Source of the DNA: the human T2T-CHM13v2.0 reference genome, Homo sapiens
Assembly (NCBI RefSeq): GCF_009914755.1
Contig: NC_060942.1
DNA length: 64,000 nucleotides
Reading direction: 5' to 3' (one strand)
The notes beneath the pieces were generated by a model. It was not told the origin of the DNA and did no database searches. It saw nothing but the letters and a program-made list of their open reading frames with translations. Shown here in pieces: positions 12,741 through 26,105 of the stretch. The translations under genes and the position numbers were made by a program. The first letter of the stretch is position 1; every line of letters starts with the position of its first letter.

Positions 12741-13999
12741 CCAGAGTTTCTGAGGGTGAAACTGTTAGATGAGCAGCTAACATAACAAGCACAATGAGAA
12801 TAGGCAGAGAGCTCATCCAAAAGACCCTGCAAAGGGGCCAGGCCCAGACCATCCATCCAGTGATTTCTCTTTAACTGCTTTGGGCTCTGCAAAAGGACAT
12901 TTTTTATGTAAGTCCCTAAGACAGAGTTGGGATCCCCACAGAACTGGACACAGGGTCAGAGACACCCACGGTGAGGAGGACATGTGGATGCCATTCATCT
13001 CGGGCCTCCCTTGGGCTCAGAGGGACCACGTTATGCCTGGGAAAGAGCAGAAGGTGGAGGCAGGGTTGTGCCCTGAATTCTCATCAGCATGCAGCCCTTT
13101 CCACTCTTATCAAAATCAACGTGGGTATTTCCTGCTCACAGGCCCCTGGAGGTGCAGCAAGAACAGAGGCTGGCTGGGAAGGGAATGGAGGAGAAACTCT
13201 GTATTGTAGATTCAATATCAGCTCCATGATTTCCCCCCCAAGGGATAAATATTGTGCTTTGCAGCTTATATGATGGAACAGACTTCCTATGTGTACGATT
13301 CCAGGAAGAGAGTTAATAAAACCTCTTGATACCTTGCCTCCCCGGCAGCATTTATTTGTCTAGCAGTGAGGCTGTGTGCTGTTCATACAGTACTGGTGTT
13401 AGGTTGACATTTGTTTTGACCTTTAAACTTTATGCTTCCTCTTTCCCCATCCTCTCCCCCGCCCCAGCCTCCCCACCTCCTGTTGTTCCTCAGCATGTGA
13501 GTTTGATCTTCTGTGACCTGGGCTTTTCCAAAGGTTGACTCTCCTGGGCTTGGATTGGGTGGGGTGCAGGCTTTTCCTCTTTTCTTTGCTCAAGGGTCAT
13601 CGTGTGACTGTAAAATTATTGTCTGGCAGCAGTGCGAGCGCCATTTCACATGTGGGGAGTGTGTAGAGTTTTGTTTTTTCTTTAAATAAGAAAAAGGAAA
13701 GAAAACACCTCGAGGACCCACATCTGCCTGGAGAGCACAGGGCTGGGCCTCCTGCACTGGCTGGAGAACGCATCCCCTCCTTTGGAGTCCTGCCCTGGCC
13801 CAGCAGGGACTGGGAACCGCATCCCTGGGAATGCTGGTGCCTGTCAGGGAGAGGAACATTCTTGGCTCTGAGGCTTCTTCAGATCCTGGGGGTATTTTCA
13901 TAAGAGCGTAACCCCAGGGCTAAAGGAAAATTCCACTCTTCAGCAGAGTGATGCGTCTGTTCTTGGTCATCCTCCCAAGTAATTATGTGCCGTGCTTAA

Positions 14000-14220
14000 G
14001 CTTTGAGCTTTGCACTTGGACTGAACTGGTTTGAATCCAGCTCCACTAGATACTACCAGATAACCTTACCCAGGTTTCTTAATGTTTCTGCACCTCAGTT
14101 TTCTCATCTGTTTAATGGGATTCGTGGGGAACATTCTGAGAATTAAATATAGTAATCAATATAGAAATTCCTGGAATAATCCCTGGCAGAGTGTAGACCC
14201 TCAAAACATGTTAGATCTTA
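14000..14220 (+). mobile_element. MIR
   Basis: GGTTTGAATCCAGCTCCAC...CCTCAGTTTTCTCATCTGT...GAGAATTAAAT. Confidence 0.85.
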
Positions 14221-15146
14221 ACATGATTCCTCCTTAAGCGTCTTCTACCTGAAAGAATCTTTTATTCTATTCATATTTTCATAATTCAGTTGGATTTTTG
14301 GAGGTATGAACTGTGCCTTTTTGTATAGAAATATCTAGCAAAGGTAATTTGGTCTTTAAATTCCTTTTACTTTCTTGGTATTCATTGAAGACCAAAGACG
14401 CTTTGTTCATGTGGATCCTTGAATGGATTGTTGCTGCTTACCTTATCTTCCTCTCCCACCTACTCCTATTGAATAAGGGTTCATAATTATCCATCTAAAA
14501 TCTACAGTAATTAAAAAAATAAATGTATAGACAGTCCATAGAGGAAGCATAGCATATACACTAAGGTGCCCTAGATCTCTGCACTATCTATTAGTGGGCA
14601 TGCACAGTTTTTCTCTCCTGATGTATCATGTGCTGTGAGTGATCTTCCTGGAACTGAGGGATGGCCATGGAGGGAGTGCTCTGTAGCTTTGAAACCTACC
14701 AGTGGGCCTTAGTTACAGACATGGCCCCAAAGGAATCATAGCAAGCTTGGCTCACAGACAAGCACAAGGAAAGCAGGTAAAGAGGAACCCCAGGAGACAC
14801 TGCAGAGCTGACTCCAGAGAACTGTGGGGTCTGCTGGGCACCTCCCTCCCCTCTTCTTCACAACAGAGCATTGAAGTTATGTTTTTAACACATTTTTGCA
14901 ACGTCAATAGAAACAAACTGTCTTCTTGCTCCTAGAATATAGAGAAGTGGTAGTGGGATATTAGAGTTCCACTCTTTAAGTGTGTATTCCCAACTGATGG
15001 AAAATAACACCCAAACCAAAACAAACAAACAAGTAAACAAAAACCCAGTCCAACCACTGGGGGCCTGCAGAATATCTCAGGCTAGCCGAAGAGAATGTGA
15101 TAAAAGTAGGTTCATACCTTAGGTTCCAAGTATTAATCTCAACCAG

Positions 15147-15147
<1 letters not shown>

Positions 15148-15187
<40 letters not shown>

Positions 15188-15190
15188 GTT

Positions 15191-15239
<49 letters not shown>
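15148..15239. repeat. Compound (CT)n + (GT)n microsatellite
   Basis: CT run at 15148-15187 followed by ~23 TG units at 15193-15239. Confidence 0.97.
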
Positions 15240-15240
<1 letters not shown>

Positions 15241-15715
15241 TTTCTTCCCCCTCTCTGACTGTATGTCCTCTTTTGGCATGGCATGGTGAGGTAAAAGGCA
15301 TAGCTCCTAGGTGACATGTTAACATACTTCTAGTTTCCTACCACAACCACTTATAGGTGCCTGGGGACAACATGGCCATTCAATCAGATTGAAAACAAAA
15401 GTTTGAGCCAGTGGTAGATTATAGTTATTGAGGACAATGTGAGAAAGAGGAAGGGAGGCCCAAGATTTATACACCAATTCCTCCTAGAAATTTGTTTGGT
15501 TTACTATGAGCTGACCCTGTGACTTTGAAGATTTTAATCTTAAAATTAGGACAGGTTTTACTGCCTCTTTTGATGTAGGCATGGATCCTGGCACAGTCAG
15601 GAGAGTCTCAGTCAGAGTGAGGGGCGAAGCCATAGAAAATTGTTCCATCTGAGGAACTTTATTGAAACATACATTTCTGACCTTGATCCTTGGAAGTACC
15701 CTTCAGGAGAGAGTA

Positions 15716-15787
15716 TATGTGTTTGAGTGTGTATGTGTGTGTGGGTGTGTGTGTGTGTGGGTGTGAGTGTGGGGGTGTGTGGGTGTA
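15716..15787. repeat. Imperfect (TG)n repeat
   Basis: Interrupted TG/GGTG run. Confidence 0.85.
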
Positions 15788-16539
15788 GGAGGCTTAGATA
15801 TATGCATCTTATAAAATAAATGCAAAGACATGCTGATGACCCATCTTGGATCTTTATCCCTCCTAGCATGAGCATCCTCTGATGGATCACTGCTATAGGT
15901 GGTGATCACAAGTAGGACGTGTAGAGGAGACTGGCAAGAGTTGTCATGTAGAATGTGACCTGGCAGTAGATGATTTGTGGATAGGGTGCGAGCACATGGG
16001 ATTATGAAAACTCAGAGTTGGAGGTCACTTGTGAGTAATCTAATCTAACTCTTCTACAGACACTCTGGAAAATATTCTTCAACCTCAGCCCGAAAATAGT
16101 TATACAGTCTGGAAGGGTCCTAGCCAGGATTTGAACCTGGGTCACCTGATCCCAGAGCATATACTGTCGACCCTCATTGAGACAAATGACTGTACCCTCT
16201 CAATTTGAGTGAGTTACAGGTCTCTAGGAGTTTAGCAATAGATTCCTGAGATTCTATGCTTTTACTTGGTGTTTTTTTTTTTCCTTTTTCTTTTTCCTTA
16301 GTCAGAGCACTTCAAATTTGATATAATGCTTTGGAGCTAGGCTAATGGAAAGGTTCCTAGAGGTAAATTTAGAATTTTTTTTTAACTTTCTTGAAAATGC
16401 TGATGAAAACTATGAAAATGCTGATACCTTCAAATCAATGCACCTTGCATTGCTACTAAAGGTCTCACCAGAAATCAAAACCTTTAGCCTGTGTCCTGGA
16501 TCCTTTTTTCTTTAAATTGCTATTGGGGGTATAGTTTCA

Positions 16540-16790
16540 TGGCTCATTGATTCAAAATATTTTTTGGTCAGTTACTTTATAGAGGCTCTGGGCAAGGTCC
16601 TACACTGACAAAGTTGAATAAGATGTTCTCCTTGTCCTCAAGGTGTTCACCATCTTCTGGGAGAGACAGTTAACTCAGTCAACATGGATATTTCTATGTG
16701 ATACCTGCAGTTAGCAGGATGTAGAAGATGCTACAGTAACATAGCCTGGGAAGGCAGGAAGGTTTCCAGGGAAGTAACATAAGGTTTATG
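16540..16790 (-). mobile_element. L2 fragment
   Basis: CTCATTGATTCAAAATATTT...TGAATAAGATGTTCTCCTTGTCCTCAAGGTGTTCAC. Confidence 0.7.
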
Positions 16791-18214
16791 AAGTCTAGAA
16801 TCTTTTCTCTTTCTCACTGAGTTCCTGTAAGAATTCAGTACTTCAGTTCTGGCTACTTTTTTTTCTTTTTCTTTTTCCCTACCATCACTTCCTCCATAGT
16901 GTTGTTTTCAAGAAATGAATAAAATATAATTTTGTCTCCTTACTTTCTAATTTGTTTTTTTTCTATAGTTTTTTGTTTTACCTCTTAATTCCTTCACTCA
17001 ATTCAGGTGATTAGGATGGAGCGTACTTTTCATGTTTAGGTCAGTTTAGGAATTTCCAAGTGTAGAGAGCACCATTTTTTTTTTTTTTCGTTGTCCAACA
17101 CTAAAAAACAGTGAGTCATAGAGACTGGATTTAGAATAACGAGATTAAAGACTACCTGAGCTGGAAGAGACCTTAAGGGCCGTCTCACTCATTGCCTGCA
17201 TAGATCATAGATACATGATGGATTTGTGGTCCAGAGAAGCAGATCCCTGCTCAAGCCACTTTCTTTGCACTTTGATCTCTACATAAACTGTCCAAATGGG
17301 ATCATGTTTTCTTTTCTGAATGGCCCTATCCTGTCTCTATCCCTTAATTGCCCTTCAATGTTCAATGGACAGAGCCGTTTTAACGTAGTTGTAATTGACT
17401 TGTATTTCTCTCTCATCTCCTATGAAGTCCGGAGGTGTGGCTATCTGTGTGTAGCTGCCCTGGCAGGTGAGAGGGAGGGTATTATGAAAAGGTACCCATC
17501 ATGAAGGTACTGTGGACAGGCAGTTGAGGCCTGAATGTCAAGCAAGAAGCACTTTTCTTTAGGATACTTTCTCCCCTGGTATTTTCTTCCCCCCACCTTC
17601 TTCCAGGGCTCCACCACGCACCCAACCCCTAGGGCTCATATTTTACTGTTCCTGATTGACATCAGGCTATAGAGCCCTCTTTTCGCTCCATAGCACAGCC
17701 CATATGGATGCCGATTTAAACCCAGGCTAGATTGTTTTTTTTCTAAAAGGCCAAAGAAAATATGATTTCAAAACCAGACAGAATCTCCTCTCATTTCATT
17801 TAGTGACACCGTGAGGTGGAACTGTCTGGATAAGACTCCATCTAGCAAGTTAAAAACTCCCCAAAAGCACAGGGACAGGAAATTTCATGGTAAATATTTA
17901 AGCTCCTGGGCTCCAGGGCAATTGGAAAGTGTGTGTTAAGAAGCTTTCCTCTTTCCCTCTAATTCCCTGTATTCATCACTTGAGCTGTGCCATTTGGGCT
18001 TATCCTTTATGCCTAAAGAAGTCTTGCCTTTTAATCTTTTAGCCACAAAAAAATAGTAAAGAAATATAAAACACCTTAAATAATAATGCCCCAGGGAGAT
18101 AATATCCTAGGAAATTTAGGGCTTAGGTGTTCCTATGGAGCACACATGTGTTCACAGATGCCCATCTCTGATGCTGATCAGTTAATAGAGGTTAATACTT
18201 CGTGTAGGATCAGC

Positions 18215-18663
<449 letters not shown>

Positions 18664-20924
18664 GTTAAATTACTTGGCCACTATCTCACCATTCTAAGTG
18701 GCAGAACTGGGTTATACACTCAACTCAGTCTTTCTCTGAAACTCAGAGTCAACCCCTAGCACTTAGTAATCTCTCCATCAGCATTAACTGTTAGATTGTG
18801 GCTGTCATTTTGAATGTCACAGTTATGCATGCTCCTGTGTGGACCTGACTGGTTCCTGGCCCGGCACCATTCCGCGTATGTCCTGGGGCTGCCATCCCCT
18901 CATCTGGTGGATAGAGTTGCACCTGTATATCTCTGGCTGTTCTGCTCACCCCTTCAGAGCAGACATCACCACCCTTTCCCCAGGCTTCTATGCAGGCAAA
19001 CTGAGGACACAGGAGGTTCCTGGACACCCGTCAAGGAGGAAAGCAGGGATGCATGTTGCTCTGGGATCCGTATCAGTTCATATTTGGCACTGCCTCTGTA
19101 GTCTGATAAAAACAGGCCAAAAGAGGAAATCCAAATTCAAAATCTGACTTTCACACAACTTCTGACAAGCTGAAATAGGCCCATTTTGGGGCCAATGATA
19201 AAAGTCTGATTTCTCAAGCACTTTATTTGTCTATTGGATCAGAATGGCACTGATTAGTACTTTCTGTGCAAAAGCAGAGACGGGGAGCCGCCTTCCCATT
19301 TCTGAACCCGACTGTTCTATTTACAATCTCTAAGCAAATTTCTGGAATTTCACTGACAGATTCCCTGGGGCATGAAAATCAAGCTTCTTGTGTGTGTGGA
19401 TGGGCTGTGGGATGGGCTGGCGTGTTCTCTAAAGCGTCTTTATCTGCCTGGGCCCCCTCCCTCTCTTCTCCCTGAAAGAGCCAGTGCCAAGACTTGAGTT
19501 GTTTCATTTGGCTCAAGTCTGGAGGCATTGATACTGAGCTGGCCTTGTATGAAACCCACTTGCTGGTCCTGTTCGTCTGAGAGTCAAAAACGTAAGATCC
19601 TCTGGAGTAGAGAACAGTCCCTCCTTCCCATCCCCCTCTTATTCTCAGCCTAGGGGGGCCTATTCTCAAAAACCTGGAGCTAGAGGGGGGTCACCTAATC
19701 ACTCACCATTTTTTCTCTGAGTTTTATTCGGGGTATTTTGTAAACTTGGACTTAGGGTTAAGAAGTTCATCAAAAGCTTTATCAGTGAGGCTTTGATGTC
19801 ACTTGCATAACATTTTCCTAAAGAACTGTCAAGTACCAAATCCTACATATTGTTGATTTTTATCATCTGATTTTCTTGATCTCATTATGGTTTTTACTAA
19901 GAACACAAACAAACAAAAAGCCTCTGTTCTACCTTTTCTGGGGTCAAAATGTAATTTTCTTAAGTTGGCCAATTCAGTGGTAAGGCACTATAGTTTTCCA
20001 CTAAGTGACTCTTTTCTAGTACTCTTCAAAGATTCTACTTAGTGTTTGGCCCCTTCCTTTTTTGCATCTGTTCCTGTCTCTTTCAGCCTAGCTCAGAGGA
20101 GGAGTGAGGAGCCTGCGGAAGGCTTCCATGGAGTGGAGAATTATGGAACTTGTCATTGTAACCCAAGGGCTGGGGCAGACCAGGGATCTCTCCCCTGCAG
20201 CCCCTGCAGGAAACTGCCTGCCAAGGTCTATTTACTCAGCCCCAGAGCATTTAATCCTGCGCAGTGTGGGGTGGTGTCACTGGGTCAGAGCCTTCGAGCT
20301 GAGCAGCCGGGTGGAAGGAGAAGGATAAATGGCTGGTTAAACCCTGAGGTGTTGGGTGGTCACTGAGCAATGGTTGGAGCAGCCTCTGGCCACCGCCGTG
20401 TGTTGATTTTGTAGTGAGATCATTACCTTTCCTGGGTTGTTAAATGCAGTTTAATCTTCCTTAAGACAGGACTGGACAATGTTGCTTTTGTGACTTCAGA
20501 GAGTCACTAGACAGGTTAGAGGAGGCTGGGTTTCCAGATATCCACCGGGAGAAAATCACAGCCTTGTCAGAGAGGCAGGGTATGTGTGATGCTTCTGTTT
20601 TCTTCTCATATACACTGCATCATCATCTTCAGAGCCTTGCACTTGGTGCGGGTATTGGAAGGCTGAGGACCATGCATTGAGCCTTCACAAAATTGCTTAG
20701 AGCTAGAGAATACTCGCCTCTGATAGAGCATAGTACTCTCTCCAAACCAGGAGTAGAGGTTTTAGGAGTGCAAGAAACACATGTCATGCAGTACAGATGT
20801 CAACATATATAAACTGCTTCAGCATGTATGAGGTTCCTTTTGTGGCTAGGGTGAGTCTTGCAGTTTCTTTTTCTTTTATAACAATAATGGCCTGTCCGTG
20901 GTTACACTGGGGACAAACAGTTGG

Positions 20925-20992
20925 CAGGAGAGGATGAGGAAGAGAGAAAGGGAGAGCGAGAGGGAAAAAGAGAGGAGAGGGAGAGAGAAAGG
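20925..20992. repeat. GA-rich purine tract
   Basis: Nearly pure A/G run, GGAGAGGATGAGGAAGAGAGAAAGGGAGAG... Confidence 0.85.
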
Positions 20993-21270
20993 TGGCTTAC
21001 CTAGGCTGCCTCTGGCTAACTGTCGAAGACTTTGTGCAAAGGGAGGCCTTGAGAAAACTCTGACACGCTTGGAGTCTATGTGTGAGCTGATCCACCCTCT
21101 GTAAGGGGAGGCTCCTTAATTGTCTTCCTTTTCTAGCTTCTTACCCCTCTGCTCTGCTGCATCAACCTCAGAAGTCACATTTCCCTCCTGCCTGCTGCCT
21201 TCTGTTCCTCTGCGGTTGTGTTTTCTTCCCTCGTCTTAATAGTCTAATAAAGTTTAAATTGCAGCCCCGA

Positions 21271-21354
21271 ACACACACACACACACACGCACGCACACAC
21301 ACACGCACGCACACACGCATGCACACACACACGCATGTGCACACTCACACACAC
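21271..21354. repeat. (CA)n/(CACG)n alternating purine-pyrimidine repeat
   Basis: ACACAC...ACGCACGCACAC...GCATGCAC. Confidence 0.95.
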
Positions 21355-21954
21355 TCTGCACTTTCCCGCCAACACTTTGGGACTACTTAAGAGAGTTCCC
21401 TCCTTGTTTGGGAGTGGGAACTCACAGCTTGCCTGCTCCCAGCACGACCTGTACCCAACTGTGCAGTCATCTGGGTGTTCGGAGACAAAAAACAGACAAG
21501 CCCTGCTCCTCCAACTCTTGCAAGGAGGCATGTGTTGTAGGAGACTGTATTGTGCCCCAAATCCCCAAGGTTCCAGAAATCAGCCTCTCTTCCCCTGCCT
21601 TTTCCTAATATTTTACAAATGAAGGAAACATACAGCTGGGCTTTGAGGAGCCCTGAGCCCTGACTCCTCTTCCTGATCCTGCCCCTCTGAATAACAGACT
21701 TCTCATTTTGGAGCTATCATTTCTGTATCTCTTTCATCCGTTGGGTACCTAAGATTTTAATGGACCTTAGCCACTTTTTAGGATAATAAATCGTAAATAT
21801 TTGTTTCCATTGAAGGGGTCAGCTTTTCCTTACTTTAGGACATGCTCATTTGTTCTTGAGTTCCAAAACTGACAGATCAAGTTCACGCTGGAACTTTTTC
21901 ATCCAAGTCATGGTTTTGTGGCATTCCCCATTTGAGATGCCCATGGACACACCT

Positions 21955-22655
21955 TCATATATTCGTTTATCCAGTCAATCAACAAATGTTTTTGGAAAAC
22001 TGGCTGATTGCCAAGCTCTGTACTAGACCCCAGCCTTACAGGGAACAAAGCCAAAATAATAGTTGCCCTCATAGTTATGGTCTACTGAGGAATAGAGACC
22101 TTAACAAGGCAATATAATAAAGCTGTTGAATGTAAGGCAGAGGGACCAGCATACTGTGGCAGCACCCAGAGGGGCTGTCACTTGGTATTGGGGGTCATGG
22201 AGCTCCCTAAAGATGTGGTGTCCAAGCTCAGAGCTGAAGAATGATGACGAGTCAGCTAGGTGAACAGGAGTTAGAACAGAGTGATGAGAAATCTGGCTGG
22301 CGGGGGAAAGAGTTCCAGAGAAGGGGAACAGCTTATTCAAATGACCCTAAGGCAAGGGTAAATCCAGTGCTTTGGGGAAACTGACAAGGACCAATATGTC
22401 AGGCCTGGGTCAAGCAAGGCAAGTGGGCAGGCTGCTGGGCTGGCGAGGCAGGTAGGAACAGGGTACAGGGTATGAAGGAGTGCATGTTAGGTAGGGGTCT
22501 TCCCAACCCTCTGAGGAACTCTGGAATTTTTCCCATGAACAATGGAAAATCATTGAAGAATTTAAGCGAGGGAATGAAATGACCTTAGTTGCTTCTTGAG
22601 ATGATTGTTCTGGCTCCTGTGCAGAGAATGGATTATAGAGCATTGAGGGTGGCTA
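21955..22655 (-). mobile_element. L2 remnant
   Basis: CAGTCAATCAACAAATGTTTTTG tail; CAATGGAAAATCATTGAAGAATTTAAGC...TGGCTCCTGTGCAGAGAATGGATT. Confidence 0.85.
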
Positions 22656-22806
22656 TGCAAGGATATGCCCACTTAACTAAAATTCTTAGAGACAGGGAAG
22701 ATTTCACACATGGTATTCTGATTGGCATAACTCCCACCATGATATTTTTTAATGTAACCTCTTATCACCAAAGCAACAGAATAGAGCTGTTGTGCTTCTT
22801 TGCACC

Positions 22807-22807
<1 letters not shown>

Positions 22808-22837
<30 letters not shown>

Positions 22838-22890
22838 GTCTCTCTCTCTCTCTCCCTCTCCCCCCAACCCCCACCTCTGTCTCTCTCTAT
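22808..22890. repeat. (CT)n microsatellite
   Basis: CT run with CTGT interruptions. Confidence 0.9.
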
Positions 22891-23000
22891 ATCTCAGGGA
22901 GAGGTCCACATCATTTTCATTTATGTATCCCTATTGCCTAACACAGTTCCAGGCATAAAAAATGCCTAATCAATGTTTGAGGAATGAATGAATGAAGAAA
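22890..23000 (+). mobile_element. L2 3' tail
   Basis: TATGTATCCC...CCTAACACAGTTCCAGGCATA...GAATGAATGAATGAA. Confidence 0.8.
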
Positions 23001-24974
23001 TGTGTAATCCCTCATAGATTCCCCTCTTGAAAGAATTTTTCCATTAAAGTTTCCCAGATTTTGAACCCATGTGTTAGAGAGGATGGTACCACAATGCAAA
23101 AAACTGAACTAGGAACCTGGGTTCTCTTCCCATGTCTGCCCTTGAGAAGCTGAGCAAATGGAGCCAAGCTGCAGTTTCTTGATACCCTGTTACTTGAAGT
23201 GTAAAATGAAGAAGTCAGGCCAGAGAAAGCCTGTTAATCACTGGTTTTTGTGATTCTATGACTTAAGGGACTGTAATACTGTTTAAATCAAACACAACTC
23301 TCACTATTTGCAACCCTTAACGTTTTGAGTTTGTTATAAAATGTCCTTTGCTAGAAGGATGTTAGAAAACCAAGCCTACTTATCTTGGGTATTGCATTAT
23401 TCCCTTCTGGTCTGGGGATTAGGGAAAATGAAGTAGCTGTTAGGAATGCAGAACGACCTCAACCAGAACATCAGAAGCCACTTAAGAGGCACACTGCTTC
23501 CAGCAGGACATGGGTAGAAAGAAGGGATTCCACTATAAAGAGAGATTTGTAGATATGTTTTCTTCTTTCTCCACGTTAAGGAGAGAGAAAGGGAATGAAA
23601 GGAAAAACAAGATCTGAACTTTCACACCCTGATAAGGATTTCCTGGTATTTACAACATGTAAAATAAACTCTTTTTTTTTTTCCAAAAAGAAATGTATTT
23701 TTTGCTACGTAGCCAACATGACTGGTTTTGGGGAAAAATATAGACTTTTGATTCTAATATGTAGATTAGAAAGAACAAAAGAGCTCACAACTTTCTTCTT
23801 AAAGTATTTATTTACCTCATAGAGGAAGGAAAGAAAAGCCAGGAGGAAAGATGAAGAAAGCCCTGTCAAGAGTGCTCCAGCAAGGAAAGTTTCCTGGCTG
23901 TATGGAAATCATCTAGGTGGGGTGTGTTGTTTTTCCCCCTGTTGGGACTCCAGAGGGGGGCTTCTCTCTTAAAAAACCTGGGATGGTTCCAATGGAGAGA
24001 ACTAGATAATCTTTCAGGCTAAACTCAGTCAACCCACAGGGATTGATAGAAGCCCATTGTCTGCTTTTCCAGGAATCCTGGGGGTTGCAAATATGTCTAG
24101 GTCAGTCTGGAACTTCCCCCAGCTTGTATTCGCGGTGGGCATACACCACTAACTGGTCAGGGAATAGAAACGGGCAGAGGAAGACAGCATGCCAGGGTGA
24201 TCTTGTCCTTGTGATAATTATATCTTACCACTGGGAAGCCCTAATAGTATTTATATCCATGACCCCATTTTCTTAAAAATTAATTTTTGGGGGTACGTAG
24301 TAGGTGTGTATATTTATCATCACTAGATCCTCACTGGAAGAGGCTTAGTAAACGTCAAGGATCACTGAACTGAAGTCTGAATATCTAGATTTCTGGGAAT
24401 TTGGACTAGGCACATAACCCCAAAAGGTTTATTTTCTCCCATATAAATTTGCCTTTCTTATCCCTGTTCTCACTTTTCCCAAAGTTACTAAAGGGATCAA
24501 ATAAAATAATGGATTTGAAATTGCTCCATGAACTCAAGGATATCAACATTTATGAGATATTTTGCATGTTTTGGGGGACAGATAAGAAGTGCCCTGCACA
24601 TTTTGGGATTGAAAACATACTGTGGTAGTGGAATGGTTAGAGACTTGCTCAAAGTGCCACAGCTTGTTTTTAGCAGAATCTTTCTCATGGATCTTTATCC
24701 AGGAGGTATTTCCATTATAATCTGGGGTTGCTTCTTCCACTGCAGGAAATCAGAAGAAAAGGAAGGAAATCAATGAGAAGTATATTCATGAGGCAGATTT
24801 CATAAATCATCAAGTGTCCGTGGAGCTCCTTAGATGCAATTTCTTTAACTCACAAAATAGAAAGATACCCCAAGCCTTATCCAAGGTAATGGTAATTGTG
24901 CAACATGGTAGAATGCTGGCAGTAGTGCAGAGTCAATGACCTAAACAGAGCCTATGCACAAAAACAAATGACAA

Positions 24975-25215
24975 GGGTAATGATATTTGTTTTGTGCTTT
25001 ACAGTTTCCACAGACTTTTGTGTATATCAGCATATTTGATTCTTTCAGCAATCCTATAATATAGGGATGGAAGGTGTTTTTATTATCCTTAAATTTTAAA
25101 TGCAGAACATGAGGCCTGGAGAGTTAACTTGACTTGTCCAAGATTGAAAAACCTGTAAGAGGTGAGTCTAGAGTCAGGCCTGGATGTTGAGACTTCAAAT
25201 TCTTATCTCCATGGT
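24975..25215 (-). mobile_element. MIR
   Basis: TGCTTTACAGTTT...ATTTGATTCT...TGAGGCCTGGAGAGTTAACTTGACTTGTCCAAGAT. Confidence 0.8.
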
Positions 25216-25699
25216 GCTAATGGCACTAATTCTTTATATTAAGCCTTGGGCAAATGGTTCATTATGCCTATATTGCAAATTTCTTGTAGTGAAATAAGTC
25301 ATCTCAAGAAAAGAAGTGGGAAGCCTTGCTTCCAAGCAGTTAATGTAGAAGGCCACCCTTGCCTGATAGGCTGGGTCCTGGAAGGTCACTGACAGGGACT
25401 TGGGTAAGTCAGTGCCTTTGTCTTCCGATCTGGAAGATGAAGGGGTTAGACAATTCTCTCTTGCACTAAAAATTATGTTTTGAGATATATGGATGAAAGA
25501 TATTCTAATTGTGGACTTTCCTAAAGATACAATGCAGAAAATAGGAGTTCTTTCATGTAAAATAAGCAGGTTCTATTAATTCATTTTACTTTGTGGACTG
25601 CTTTACATTACTTTTAAGGATGTCCCCATCTTTTTTCATTCATTCTTATAACATTCTTTAGCAAGGTTGGACAAAGGATTTTTTTTCTTTTTTTACTTC

Positions 25700-26105
25700 C
25701 TCTGGCTATTCTTGCCTTTCTGTTCTTTAGACAAGCCTGGCCCAGTGCCTCCCCAAGGGGTCTGCACTTGCTATGATCTGTTCTCTGCCTTCACATGACC
25801 TACCCCTTCTTGTCACTTAGGTTTGGATCACATGTCACTTCCTCAGAGGGCCTTTGCAGATTCTTGCAGTTAAGGTCCCCAGGCCATGTCTTTTTCTATC
25901 ACATTGACCTGTTTTATTTCCTTCATAGGATTTATTGTCATCTGAATTGTGAATATTATTGATTTGTTTACATTATCATGGTCTGTCTTTCCTGCTGGAA
26001 GTTAAGCTCCAATAGACTTATTTTTCTTGCTCTACGTTGTATACCAAACACCCAGAACAGTGCTTTGCACATAGTAGGAGGTTAGTGCATGTTGACCGAA
26101 ATAAA
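25700..26105 (+). mobile_element. L2 3' fragment
   Basis: ATGTCACTTCCTCAGAGGGCCTT...CCCAGAACAGTGCTTTGCACATAGTAGG. Confidence 0.85.
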
